NCBI GenBank assembly: GCA_965242695.1
Contig: CBDESU010000001.1
Location: 1,440,001-1,504,000 of the forward strand
DNA length: 64,000 nucleotides
Reading direction: 5' to 3'
DNA from: Cenarchaeum sp.
Lineage (GTDB): Archaea; Thermoproteota; Nitrososphaeria; Nitrososphaerales; Nitrosopumilaceae
Below, piece by piece: positions 1 through 9,911 of the stretch (its first letter is position 1; each line of letters begins with the position of its first letter). The notes under the pieces are model-generated. The model had not been told where the DNA came from and ran no database searches. It saw nothing but the letters and a program-made list of their open reading frames with translations. The position numbers and the translations under genes were made by a program.

Positions 1-1
1 C

Positions 2-3000
2 GGGATCGGCCACGCCGAGGCAACGGGCCGCCTTGCCGCGCTTGCCGGCACGGTCATGAGATCCTGGGACGGCGGCGCGGAGAGGATCATCGGCGAGATC
101 GCGCGGGCCGCGACGACCTCTGATGGCTGCGACGATCGCAGGCCGCGGGAGCATGGCCCTGACGGCGGTTTCGACGGCGGAGGCGATGTGCACCGCAAGA
201 TGCTCGGAGCGATGGAGGCATACAGCAGGGGCACCCTGGCGTCGATCCCGTCAGACATCGGCGGCGTGGAGATACCGCGCCCGCAGGCGGCCGAGATCGC
301 CTCGCGGCTGGAGCGGGACGACAGGATCGTCCTGACGGGGGACAAGGGGTCGGGCAAGAGCGTGATCATGCGCCAGCTCTACGAGAGGCTCACGGGGGAG
401 GGACGCCGCGCCGTGATCATCAAGTGCGACGACCTCCTGCACATGGAATCGCCCGGCGGGCCGGACGGTCTGCTAGGCAGCGGGACGAGCATCCTCGGCT
501 TTGTAGAGGACGAGCAGGGCGGCTCCGAGACCGTATTCCTGTTCGACTCGCTCGACGCGGTGAGCAGGGACGCCGAGTCCATGTCGGCCTTTCGGAGGTT
601 CCTGAGGCGGCTGTGGGGGGCCGGCGGCGCCAGGACGGTCTGCTCTGTGAGGGCGTACGACTATGAGAACTCGCCGGACATTGCCCGCAACGACTGGGGA
701 ATGGAGGTGCGCGTCGGCGACCTGGAGGAAGAGGAAGTGGAAGAGGCGCTGGATAGGCTGGGAGGCCCCTCCGTGCCGGACGGCCTGAGAAAGATCCTTC
801 GCAACCCGCTCCGCCTGAGGCTGCTATACATGATCCTCGAAAAGAACCCAAAAGTCGACCTTTCCGCGGTCGCCGGCGAGTCCGAGCTGTACAGGGAGCA
901 CTGGAGCGAGTACGTCGACAGGGACGAGCGCGCGGACGTGGTCGAGCGCGCCCTCTTGGACATTGCGGGGGAGATGGTAGAGTCGCGCCGCACCCATGTC
1001 CCCGCGGGCCGAAGGGAGGGGATCGAGGACCTTCTCAGCCGCGGCATCGTGCAGGAGTCGCACGGCCGCCTGCGCTTCTTCCACCACGCCTACCTCGACT
1101 ATGCCGCGGCCAGGCGCGTGCTGCGCGACTACCCGTCCGTCAGGGACTATTTGGAGCGCGACGAGTACAACGTGTTCTTCAGGCCCGCCCTTGCGTTTGC
1201 CCTGTCGATGCTGCGCGACGGCAGCCGCCAGGAGCACCTGCGGGCCGTGGCGTCCATATGCGTGTCCGGCCTGAAGAACTACTGGAAGATATCCGCGCTA
1301 GAGTCGCTTGCCAAGGCGGACGGCCTTTCCGAGGAGGATTGCGAGCCGGTCGGCCGCATGCTCACTGAGGATGCCGACCTGCAGGTCCACTTTCTGTCGG
1401 AAGCGGCCCGCGCGCGCAACCCGTTCTGGTTCCGCGTATGGTCGGGGACGGTGATGGGGGAGTGGGCCGCGAGGGGGCGCAGCCCCGGGAGGGTCGCAGA
1501 GTACATCAGGTCGCTGGCCGGCCGCGCCGAGCTCCACGAGGAGATGGTGCGGATCGTCCGCCTGATCGTCGCCAGCGACCGGACAAGGAGGGGGGACCTC
1601 GAGTGGATCGTCGCGACGACCTCTGGAATGTCCGTCCCAGGCAAGGCAGCCTGGTACGCAGAGCTCTCGCGGGGCGGGGATGCGAGGCTGCGCGGCGGCG
1701 TCCTGCACTGCCTCGGCGACCTGCTGGGCGAGGATCCCGGCGCGGCGGCGGACGCGTTCAGGAACATCGCCACGCACGGCGGGAAGGACCGCCCCGCGCC
1801 GCACGGCTCCCGCGGCCCGCCCGACAGCGGCGAGCGGGAGAGGCAGAACGCGATGCTAAAGGCAAACGACATGTACGAAGGGCTGCTCTCGAAGAGTCCT
1901 GTCGCAATGGTAAGGGCCGCCGTCGAGTCGGTCGAGGCGCTGAGGGGTGAGGAGGGTTCGAAGTGCGGGGGCAGGGGCCGCATCGCAGGAGACCCCGACG
2001 AACTGTGGACCGGCTGGCGAGCGCCCTCGATCCACACGACCATGATGGCGGCAGTGGGAGAGGCACTCCCGCGCCTCCTGCTGGACGGCAACGCGCCCGC
2101 GTATGCCGCCATTCTTGCATCCTCAAGGATGGCCGTGTTCCACGGGATGCTGCTGCGCGCCCTGCTCGGGAATCCGGCCAGGTTCAAGGGCCTGATCTAC
2201 GGCGAGGTGTCGGATCCCGACGTCCTCGCCCTGCCGTCGCTGCGGTGGCACGTGCAGGCGGCGATCCGAAGCGTGTCGCCCCTCCTTTCTGGGTGGCAGA
2301 GGCAGGATCTGCTCGGCCGCATAATGGACATCGGGCAGGGCGGCGGGCGCGCGGCGAAGGAGGATCACTGCGCAGAACTAAAGTCGCGCTACCTGTCCGC
2401 GTTCGACCCCTCCTCGCTGTCTAGGGAGCACCTGGATTTTCTGGAGCGGTTTCCCGCGCCAGCGGCAGAGCGGGAGGAAGAAGAGGCGAGGGACGAGGCA
2501 TGGGCCGAGGTGGACGAGTGGGAGGCTGAAGACGAAGACGGGGCCGCGGCTGAGCCCGATCGTGTCGGGGCGCCGCACGAAGCAAGCAAAGAGTCACTGG
2601 GGGATGCGATCGAGGCCCTTTCGCAGGCCGTCAGTGACCACAGGGCAGAGCCAGCCATGATCGAGGGGATCGTCGGGTTCTTGGCGAGCGACGGCATCCC
2701 GCCGGACGCCGCGGCGGCGGGGCGCCTCCGGCGCCTGCTACTTGATCTGGCCTCCATGCAGGGCCCGGAAGAGGGCGCGCCGGGCGGCCTGGAGGCCGAT
2801 CCCGGTGCGCGCGCCAGGACGAGGATGCTGGCCGCAAGGGGGCTGGTCAGGCTGCACATCCGCTCGCCGGACGCATCGCTGTCGGCTACCATCGAGGAGA
2901 TCGCGGCGGATGGATCGGGCAGGGTGAGGGGCGGCGTGGCCAGGGAGCTGGAGGCGCTGTTCGGCGCAGACCCAGCCCTTGCCGGCAGGATAGCGGCCAG

Positions 3001-3757
3001 GTACAGCAGGGACAGGGATCGGCGCGTCCTGGACCACATGAAGGGCGCACTACTCGAGTTCGTGAAAGTCGACGAGTCCGCCGCGCTTGCCGCGGTCGAA
3101 AACATCCTCTCGCTGGCCGACTCGGATCCCGACGAGGCCGCGGATGCGGCGTGGCCGCTCCTCGTCCTGGCGCTCCGCATGCGGAGCCGCCAGGCCTTTG
3201 CCACGCTGCGCGGCGTGCTGGCCGACACGGGCCCGCCCGAGGTACGGGAAGCTGCCATGCACATGCTCGGGGGGTGCCTGTCCGAGCCGGACGCGCAGGA
3301 CGGGGCCCTAGAGGCATTTTCGCTCCTGCTCGACAGCGGGGACCACGGGACTAGGGCCGAGGCGGCGCGCTGCCTGGCGCTCGCGATCGACGACTACACG
3401 GGCGACATGGCGGTCCTTGTGGAAAGGACTCGGGGCCACCTGGACAAGATGGCGAGCAGGGCGGGAGGGGGCGACAGCGGCCACCGGATGCTGGGGGCGC
3501 TGACCGGCATCCTGAAGGGCCAATGGCAGTTGATGCCCGAGCGCGCCCTCGTGTACCTGGAGCGGGTTGCAGACCGGCCGGAGTCGCCGTACCAGCCGCT
3601 GATCATGGGGAATGCGGTCGAGATCCTGAACGGGCTGTTCCGCATGCAGCACAGCGAGGATAGCAGGCGCAGGTGCCTCTCCGTGCTAGACAGGTTCGTC
3701 GCGGCCGGGTGGCCGAGCGCGCTCGACCTTCTTCGCAAGATGGAGAGGTCGGACTAG
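2..3757 (+). CDS. AVAST/NACHT-like STAND NTPase with C-terminal HEAT/ARM-like helical repeats (probably 5'-partial)
   Basis: Walker A GDKGSGKS, Walker B VFLFDSLD, NPLRLRLL helical motif, FFHHAYLDY winged-helix motif, long helical C-terminus. The frame is open upstream of the ATG at 56 to the window edge. Confidence 0.75.
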   Translation, partial: GIGHAEATGRLAALAGTVMRSWDGGAERIIGEIARAATTSDGCDDRRPREHGPDGGFDGGGDVHRKMLGAMEAYSRGTLASIPSDIGGVEIPRPQAAEIASRLERDDRIVLTGDKGSGKSVIMRQLYERLTGEGRRAVIIKCDDLLHMESPGGPDGLLGSGTSILGFVEDEQGGSETVFLFDSLDAVSRDAESMSAFRRFLRRLWGAGGARTVCSVRAYDYENSPDIARNDWGMEVRVGDLEEEEVEEALDRLGGPSVPDGLRKILRNPLRLRLLYMILEKNPKVDLSAVAGESELYREHWSEYVDRDERADVVERALLDIAGEMVESRRTHVPAGRREGIEDLLSRGIVQESHGRLRFFHHAYLDYAAARRVLRDYPSVRDYLERDEYNVFFRPALAFALSMLRDGSRQEHLRAVASICVSGLKNYWKISALESLAKADGLSEEDCEPVGRMLTEDADLQVHFLSEAARARNPFWFRVWSGTVMGEWAARGRSPGRVAEYIRSLAGRAELHEEMVRIVRLIVASDRTRRGDLEWIVATTSGMSVPGKAAWYAELSRGGDARLRGGVLHCLGDLLGEDPGAAADAFRNIATHGGKDRPAPHGSRGPPDSGERERQNAMLKANDMYEGLLSKSPVAMVRAAVESVEALRGEEGSKCGGRGRIAGDPDELWTGWRAPSIHTTMMAAVGEALPRLLLDGNAPAYAAILASSRMAVFHGMLLRALLGNPARFKGLIYGEVSDPDVLALPSLRWHVQAAIRSVSPLLSGWQRQDLLGRIMDIGQGGGRAAKEDHCAELKSRYLSAFDPSSLSREHLDFLERFPAPAAEREEEEARDEAWAEVDEWEAEDEDGAAAEPDRVGAPHEASKESLGDAIEALSQAVSDHRAEPAMIEGIVGFLASDGIPPDAAAAGRLRRLLLDLASMQGPEEGAPGGLEADPGARARTRMLAARGLVRLHIRSPDASLSATIEEIAADGSGRVRGGVARELEALFGADPALAGRIAARYSRDRDRRVLDHMKGALLEFVKVDESAALAAVENILSLADSDPDEAADAAWPLLVLALRMRSRQAFATLRGVLADTGPPEVREAAMHMLGGCLSEPDAQDGALEAFSLLLDSGDHGTRAEAARCLALAIDDYTGDMAVLVERTRGHLDKMASRAGGGDSGHRMLGALTGILKGQWQLMPERALVYLERVADRPESPYQPLIMGNAVEILNGLFRMQHSEDSRRRCLSVLDRFVAAGWPSALDLLRKMERSD

Positions 3758-3779
3758 GGAGCTGTGGCAGGGCGAGGCG

Positions 3780-3925
3780 GGGCGCATGCGCACCGCGGCG
3801 GCGGCCGCGTCGGCCGGGGCGGCGACGTACATCCACATTGCGAGCAGTACGGCGGCAACGCCGTGCTCCGCGACGGACGCCTCCGAGCCGTGGTCGGCAA
3901 GCGCGGCGACCGAGAGCGCGTGCAA
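3780..3925 (-). pseudogene. Fragment of the CFI-box-CTERM membrane-anchor region
   Basis: Translates LHALSVAALADHGSEASVAEHGVAAVLLAMWMYVAAP, nearly identical to the C-terminus of 9912-11159; no N-terminus. Confidence 0.7.
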
Positions 3926-3990
3926 CGACCTGTGCGGTTCCGCAGCTGTTGCCTCCCAGTGCACGCCCCAAGCCTGCAAGACTACGCGCA

Positions 3991-5133
3991 TCAGTCGATC
4001 AGCGCACCGCGATTTGCCCCGCCCTGCACCCGCTGATCCTCCTCCCGCATGCCGCGGTTGAACGACCTCAAAAAGTCGAGGAGAATGCGTGCGCCTGCCC
4101 CTACGGTGAAGGATGAGCACCAGGCAGAGAACAGATCAGGCGACTGCGGCGGATGCAAGGCGAACGTGTCAGATGCCCTCTTGTACTGCTCCACGTAGTC
4201 CTTGATCGTGTCAAAGTAGGGCAAAAACGCGGGCGGCTCGAGCTTGCTAATGACCGGAAATGCATCCTCCGCGCACTCCGCCTTGAGGTCCTCGTCTGCG
4301 CCGTTCAGGAACCGCTCGTACGCGCACGCCAGCACCATCCGATCCCTGCTGGAAAGCGACGGAACCGCCTCGAATCTGTCCTGGATCCTGCGCAGGTGCA
4401 ACGCATCCCCGTCCAGTGCCGTCTTTGCATAGTGCTCGGTTGCCCGCCAGAGGGCGCGGTCGCAGTCGTCTGCAGGCGCGAATGCGGGTGATGCGATCCT
4501 GAAGCCCGACGACGGCCTTGGTTTCTTGCCGTGCGGATAGCACACTAGCCTACAGTGGCGGTGCCTGCTGACATCCACGGATACCGAGGAGAACTGCACG
4601 AGACGGGCCGACGGGGGAAGCAGGGACAGGATCCTCTGGGCCAGCGTCGGATCGTCAGACTCCACTGCGGCGCGCTCGCCGCTGAGCAGCAGCCACAGCA
4701 CGACGCGGAGCTCCGCCCCCACGCCGCGAGCGTCCGCGGCTGGAGGGCGCCGCATCGGATCGAGTTTCACTGGGGGGAGGATGCCGCGCATTTGCTTGTT
4801 CCCGGGATGCAGGACAGCAAACCCCCTCGTGTCGCATCCGCATCTTGCAAAGTCGTCCTTGTCGAGCACCACGACATGGCTGCATATTGTGTCCCGCCTG
4901 CCGTCGTACCCCGCCCCGATGTTTCTTGCATGGCAGTATGCGACCTTGCCGCCGGCTAGCTCCACGAGGGAATGCGACTCCCTGAAATCGTCTGGTCTGA
5001 TTCCGGGGGGGTGAAAGTGGTATCTAAGCGCAGACGCGATCTCTTCGGTAATGCCGCGGCTTTTCGCCACGATCTGATACCCTTTTCTTCCCCGTATGTT
5101 GCCCGTCGTGTAGACTAGCTGTTCCGCCTTCAT
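3991..5133 (-). CDS. GAP1-N2-like GTPase-associated protein
   Basis: N-terminal EQLVYTT..GRKGYQIVAKSRGI and YDGRRDTICSHVVVL resemble GAP1-N2 motifs. ATG lies 5 nt after the GTPase stop. Confidence 0.6.
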   Translation of the reverse strand: MKAEQLVYTTGNIRGRKGYQIVAKSRGITEEIASALRYHFHPPGIRPDDFRESHSLVELAGGKVAYCHARNIGAGYDGRRDTICSHVVVLDKDDFARCGCDTRGFAVLHPGNKQMRGILPPVKLDPMRRPPAADARGVGAELRVVLWLLLSGERAAVESDDPTLAQRILSLLPPSARLVQFSSVSVDVSRHRHCRLVCYPHGKKPRPSSGFRIASPAFAPADDCDRALWRATEHYAKTALDGDALHLRRIQDRFEAVPSLSSRDRMVLACAYERFLNGADEDLKAECAEDAFPVISKLEPPAFLPYFDTIKDYVEQYKRASDTFALHPPQSPDLFSAWCSSFTVGAGARILLDFLRSFNRGMREEDQRVQGGANRGALID

Positions 5134-5138
5134 CAATC

Positions 5139-6122
5139 TCACCTTGTAGATACAAGCCATGTGATGAGCCTTTCATACTCTTCGATTGAGTATTCGAGGG
5201 GAACGGCAAGGTATTCTCTAGGATCGTCCGACTCGCCGCCATCGTCTTCTTCGCCGCCATCGTCTTTGCCTTCCTCACCATCCTCGTACTTCTCGTCATC
5301 TACATCCTCATACCCCTCGTCATCGTCGCCTTCGGGCCGCTCTTCCGTTGTCTTTGCAGAGACCTTGAAGTAGGAGCGCTGGCCCGAGTGGGACACGCGA
5401 AGCCAAGACATCAGATCGTAGTACCCACTGGCAAGATCCTTGGCAGACTTTTTCGCGTGCTGTTCGGGAAGGGTGTCCGCCTTGGTGAATACGATCGCCA
5501 GCGGGTCGGTAAGGCGATCTCTCGAGTCGACGCGGCCGGCCCTCTTTTTGATTTCATGAATCTTTTTCATGGCGTTTACGGCCTTTGGCTCGTCCGTATC
5601 CCATTCGTCGATCCCCTCGCAGTCGATCATCAAGACGTACTTTGTTGCATGTATGAGGTACGCCCCGTCGCCCTGTAGCATCTCCACCACCTGCCCGTCA
5701 ATGTCGGCGTCGACGGACTCGGAGAGGTGACCCGAGTAGTCCTCGCCGGACATGTCACGCAGCACCATCTCTATCTTCGTCGTCATGCCCTTCATGCGGT
5801 GTATGTTGATCTTCAGGCTCGGATAGTCATTCTTCATGGTCGGCGGCGGGAACGACCCCCTCTTCATGCGGCGGATCGTCTTGTTTATCTCGTCGTGGCC
5901 CGAGACCATCTGGGCCTCCCACTTGCCCCTGCTGCGCGGCACCCACCGGGTCGAGAGCGTGTGCTTGACAAGCGCAGCGACCACCGTCTTGCCCGCGCCC
6001 ACTTCGCCCACGAATGCGATCGTGTCCCTGCCTTCGTACTCCTGCCGGGTATCGCGTATGAGCCGGTCGATGTCGGATGAGTCATACTCGGCACTCTCTG
6101 CATGCGGCTCTGGCGTCGACAC
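5139..6122 (-). CDS. TRAFAC-class GTPase (double-GTPase/GAP1-system type), copy 1
   Basis: G1 GEVGAGKT, G2 PPPT, G3 DMSG, G4 TKAD, G5 VSA; long Asp/Glu insert before the C-terminal helix. GTG start chosen ~25 nt downstream of a TTATAT box at ~6145-6150. Confidence 0.8.
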   Translation of the reverse strand: MSTPEPHAESAEYDSSDIDRLIRDTRQEYEGRDTIAFVGEVGAGKTVVAALVKHTLSTRWVPRSRGKWEAQMVSGHDEINKTIRRMKRGSFPPPTMKNDYPSLKINIHRMKGMTTKIEMVLRDMSGEDYSGHLSESVDADIDGQVVEMLQGDGAYLIHATKYVLMIDCEGIDEWDTDEPKAVNAMKKIHEIKKRAGRVDSRDRLTDPLAIVFTKADTLPEQHAKKSAKDLASGYYDLMSWLRVSHSGQRSYFKVSAKTTEERPEGDDDEGYEDVDDEKYEDGEEGKDDGGEEDDGGESDDPREYLAVPLEYSIEEYERLITWLVSTR

Positions 6123-6472
6123 GGCGGTAGGGCCCAAAATTAGCATATAAGCTATAGCACAGCCGCGGGCACGCGATACGTACATCGCCCGCATGCCGGC
6201 GCCTGTCGCGGGGCGGCGGCGAGCGTCCATAGGGCGGCCATCCTGCGCGCGGCCCGCGGCAGCTCGCCGCGGGCGCACCGGCACGGTATCTCCGCCCACG
6301 CTTGCGCTCAACGTGCCGGTACGGCGCTGATCAGGACAGTGTCGAACGCGGCTGTGCGGTGGTTCCCACGTGCAATTGATGCGATGGCAAGCAGGATCAG
6401 GAACCAGGCCGCTTCGCGTGGCGCTCGCCATGGGCCGCTCCGGACGAGCCCAGCGCGGCCACATGCCTGCCC

Positions 6473-7873
6473 CTAGTGCCTGAGCTTGCGCTCGAGGCGC
6501 CGCTTGAGCACTATGAACATCGATCCGAGCACGGGCAACGAGGCGATCCTGACTAGGTGGTCGTCCATGCCGCCCTTGCTCGTGTGCAAGAAGGCCGCAA
6601 ATGTGCGCTCGACCGCCGCCGCGGCCCGTGCCGCGTAGTCGCCCTGCGGGTCCACCATCCCCAAGTCTCCGAACAGGGCGTAGTATGCGGCGGATGCGGC
6701 AAACACGCCTCCCACCCAGGCAGACACCCTGCCAAAGCTCTCGCCGTACCTGCACAACACGTTGTAGCCGCTGGTGAGCGAAAGGTACCTGCGCCACCTA
6801 GGGCGCAGGGCCACCCCGCCCCCGGCGTCCGTCCTGTAGCAGCGCCGCATGTCCATCTCCCTCACGTAGAGCCGTCCCGCCTCCTCGTACATGAGCCAGT
6901 ACTCGTAGCACTCCCGGAGGCTTCGGTAGACCGCCAGTATGTCTGAAAGCGACAACGATGACGGATCGTCGGCAAGTCGGCGCTCGTCGAGTATGGCGTA
7001 CGGGTCGCCGTCGGCATTCCACACCGTGTCCGAGCGGAACCTGATCCGGGTCATGTTCGTGGTGAGGAACGAGACGTTCGAGAGCGATCGCCCAAAACGG
7101 ACCCGCTCCTCCTTGTCGAACCGCGTGTGCCTAAATCTGGCCGGCCCCTTGAAGACGGTGCCCCCTATTCCATCCTCGAACACGACCTCGCCGCCGAATG
7201 ATACCCCGTCGAACGCAGCATCGCCAAGACTGCTGTCGGCAAGGTCGGCCGCTCCGCCGAACTCGCAGCCGCTGACCTCTAGGCTCCCCAACTTCGCGTA
7301 TCGGAGCATCGCGCTTCCGATCTCGCAGTCCGCAATGCTTGCCGACGGGGCGAATGCGAGCGCCGCATCGCAGGACTCGAAGGCGCACCGCTCGAGCTCG
7401 ACGGCCGCCTCACCGTCCACGTCATCATGATCGTCGAGCCGCCCGCCGTTTTCGCCGCTCCCAAAGCCCGTCTTTCGGAGGGACAGGACGCCGGCCTTTA
7501 CAGCCACCATCGAGAGCCGCCCCGAGAATTTGGCTTCGGTAAAGACGACCGCCCCGCACGCCACGCCGTTAAACACCATGTCGCCTGTGAACCTTGCATC
7601 GGCAAAGTAGACGGGGCGCCTCGTGTCGATGTCCCTGACGGTGACGGATGGTATCCGACATCCGACGAACAGGATGGGATCGCTCCCGTCTGCGGCGAAC
7701 TCGGTTCGCAGCTCGTCAAGGAAGGCGGCCCTTGCCTCGTCGTCATACTCGCCGCCGGCGGCGTGTAGGATGCAGCTGCTTTTGCCGCGCCAGCGCGGCC
7801 TTGGGCAGTGGTACTCGCGGTCGACTCCGGTCCAAGCGTCGGTGTACGTGTGAGAGTATGTGCATGTCCGCAT
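6473..7873 (-). CDS. Pentapeptide-repeat protein with C-terminal transmembrane helices
   Basis: Repeated (A/V)xFxx pentapeptides, YRSLR..YE...AGRLYVREMDMRR and YGES motifs, hydrophobic helices near the C-terminus. Confidence 0.8.
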   Translation of the reverse strand: MRTCTYSHTYTDAWTGVDREYHCPRPRWRGKSSCILHAAGGEYDDEARAAFLDELRTEFAADGSDPILFVGCRIPSVTVRDIDTRRPVYFADARFTGDMVFNGVACGAVVFTEAKFSGRLSMVAVKAGVLSLRKTGFGSGENGGRLDDHDDVDGEAAVELERCAFESCDAALAFAPSASIADCEIGSAMLRYAKLGSLEVSGCEFGGAADLADSSLGDAAFDGVSFGGEVVFEDGIGGTVFKGPARFRHTRFDKEERVRFGRSLSNVSFLTTNMTRIRFRSDTVWNADGDPYAILDERRLADDPSSLSLSDILAVYRSLRECYEYWLMYEEAGRLYVREMDMRRCYRTDAGGGVALRPRWRRYLSLTSGYNVLCRYGESFGRVSAWVGGVFAASAAYYALFGDLGMVDPQGDYAARAAAAVERTFAAFLHTSKGGMDDHLVRIASLPVLGSMFIVLKRRLERKLRH

Positions 7874-8068
7874 CCGGCCCACGCCGGGCGGGCCGGCGGG
7901 CCGCTGTTAAGGGTTGCCTAGGCGCGATCGCGCGCGACCGGCGGGCGCCGGCCAGGCGACGCGACCCAGGTCGCCAAAGAGGCTCGAGTGTACGCGCACG
8001 GCCTGCGGCCGGCGCGGAAGGGTCAAATATTCCACCCTTCCCACGCCCGCCGGCAGGAGGACGGCAGG

Positions 8069-8563
8069 ATGAAGGATGCACAGCGGGCGCTGGATCGGTA
8101 CGAGCTTGCCGCCGTCCTCAACGACATTGGAAACTTCGACATGACCAGCTTCAAGGGGCGCCTGACCCTCCAGAAGACCGTCTACCTCCTCCAGTCGTTC
8201 GGGCTCGACCTGGGCTACGAGTTCACGTGGCACCTGCACGGCACGTACTGCATCGCGCTTGCCCGCGACGGCCTTGCCATCGAAGAGATCGCGCCAGGCA
8301 TGCCCAAGATACCCATAGAGCTGGAGGGCGACGGCATGCAGTGCCGCTACGCCGAGTTCAAGGAGTTCCTTGACGACAAAAAGCACGATCCTGCAATGCT
8401 CGAGATCGGCTCGTCGATATGCTACCTGGCCGGCATCGGGATGGAAAAGGGCGAAATCCTCAGGCTCGTCGAGGACAAGAAGCCTAGGTTCAGCGGAGAG
8501 CAGTGCAGGCGGGCATGGAACGACCTAGAAAGGTATGGCGTGGTGGGTGGCCGGCACGGATAG
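8069..8563 (+). CDS. YwgA/Panacea (DUF4065)-like protein
   Basis: GRLTLQKTVYLLQ..G...Y.F..HLHGTY motif. Confidence 0.6.
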   Translation: MKDAQRALDRYELAAVLNDIGNFDMTSFKGRLTLQKTVYLLQSFGLDLGYEFTWHLHGTYCIALARDGLAIEEIAPGMPKIPIELEGDGMQCRYAEFKEFLDDKKHDPAMLEIGSSICYLAGIGMEKGEILRLVEDKKPRFSGEQCRRAWNDLERYGVVGGRHG

Positions 8564-9294
8564 GAAGAGGACGGCCGACGAGAGGATCGGCGAGGACATG
8601 GCGGAGTATGCCGCCGACACGGAAAAAATGCCCGAGATGCTCAAGCGCATTCGGGAGTTCGGCCCACGTCGCGAGGACGGGCTTGCGTGGCCTCGGCAAG
8701 CAGTGGCCCTGCGGCTGGCGCCCGGCACCAGGACGCGCGTGAGGCGGTTCAGGCCAGGCCGCCGCGCCCGCGCCGTGAACGCGGCGCTGGGATCGGCCAT
8801 ATTCGCAGCCATGTCGGTCGGCTCGCTGGCCATCCTGGGATACCCGTACGGCTACATCTTTGCCGCCGGCACCGCGGCCCTTGCCGTTATACTGCCGGTG
8901 TGGGAACTGCGCGGCAATGTTTGATGTCAGGGCCGCCATGTCCGATCCCTGCCAGGTGTGCCGCGCAATAGTGCTGGTTTTAGTCGTCGCATCCATGGCG
9001 CAGCCCCTCCAGCTGGAGGGCGCCGACTTTTTCCACCTCCGCGCCCAGTTCGGGAGCGTTCCCCCTGCGGCAGACATTGTGATCATAATGGCGCTTGCGC
9101 TGGCGACATGGGTGGTGTGCGAGCGGGTCGTAGCAGGCAGGCTGCTCGGCGGGTGCAACGGGGACGGGGGGGGCGGCGCAAGGTCGGGCGCGCCCCTAGA
9201 CGGCCACCGGCGACCTACGGGAGGCAATGGATGCCGTCGGGGCGGCGTAAAGTGCAGGCGGCGCATGCGCGTCTGGCAGGATCGCCCGAACTAG
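8535..9294 (+). pseudogene. Frameshifted multi-pass membrane protein
   Basis: Hydrophobic segments continue from ORF 8535-8924 into another frame (8860-9294) across ~8920. Confidence 0.35.
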
Positions 9295-9564
9295 GCAACG
9301 GATGCAGCCAGGGCGGCGCATGGTACAGGGGCGGTGACGGCGGGCGCGCTGGCACGGCTTTTGCGCGCTGGCGGGCCGCGGCCCCGCGCCACCCGCCAGA
9401 TCTCAGCCGCCCTGTCGCGCCAGGCGGGCCGCATGCGGCAAAAACCGGGGCGCGGCCGGCCCGCATGCCGACATTTGGCCGTCTCTTTCCCAGCCGCGAC
9501 CAAAATCGCCGCCTATCCGGCCGCCGCCAAGATTTGCCCCCGCATACTCTCATCGCCTAACCCG

Positions 9565-9753
9565 CCTACTGCGCTCAGCGAGCAGAGGTTCTACAACATT
9601 GCATGCTACGCGTACGGGGCCGACCCGGGGTACAACGGCGACCGGCTCGGCTTCGACTGCCTCCCATGCGGCAGGGCAGTGACGTGCCAGTACGAGTGCG
9701 AGCGGATGTCGTCTAGCTGTGACCGGCTCTTGGAAGGGTGCCTGGTCGAGTAG
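9565..9753 (+). pseudogene. DUF4344 metallopeptidase C-terminal remnant
   Basis: LSEQRFYNIACYAYGADP...C..E motif with no upstream catalytic region. Confidence 0.55.
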
Positions 9754-9911
9754 GGGCGGCGCCTGCGCAGGGAATGCCGCCTTTGCGGCGGCGCGCGCGG
9801 CGCACCCTACGAGGCACCTACGTGCGGAGGCAGGCGGAGCCCTGCCGCAACTGAGCCCTGCGCAATCGCCACAGCCATCGAAAGAGGGCGCTGCGGGGGG
9901 TCGGCATCGGA

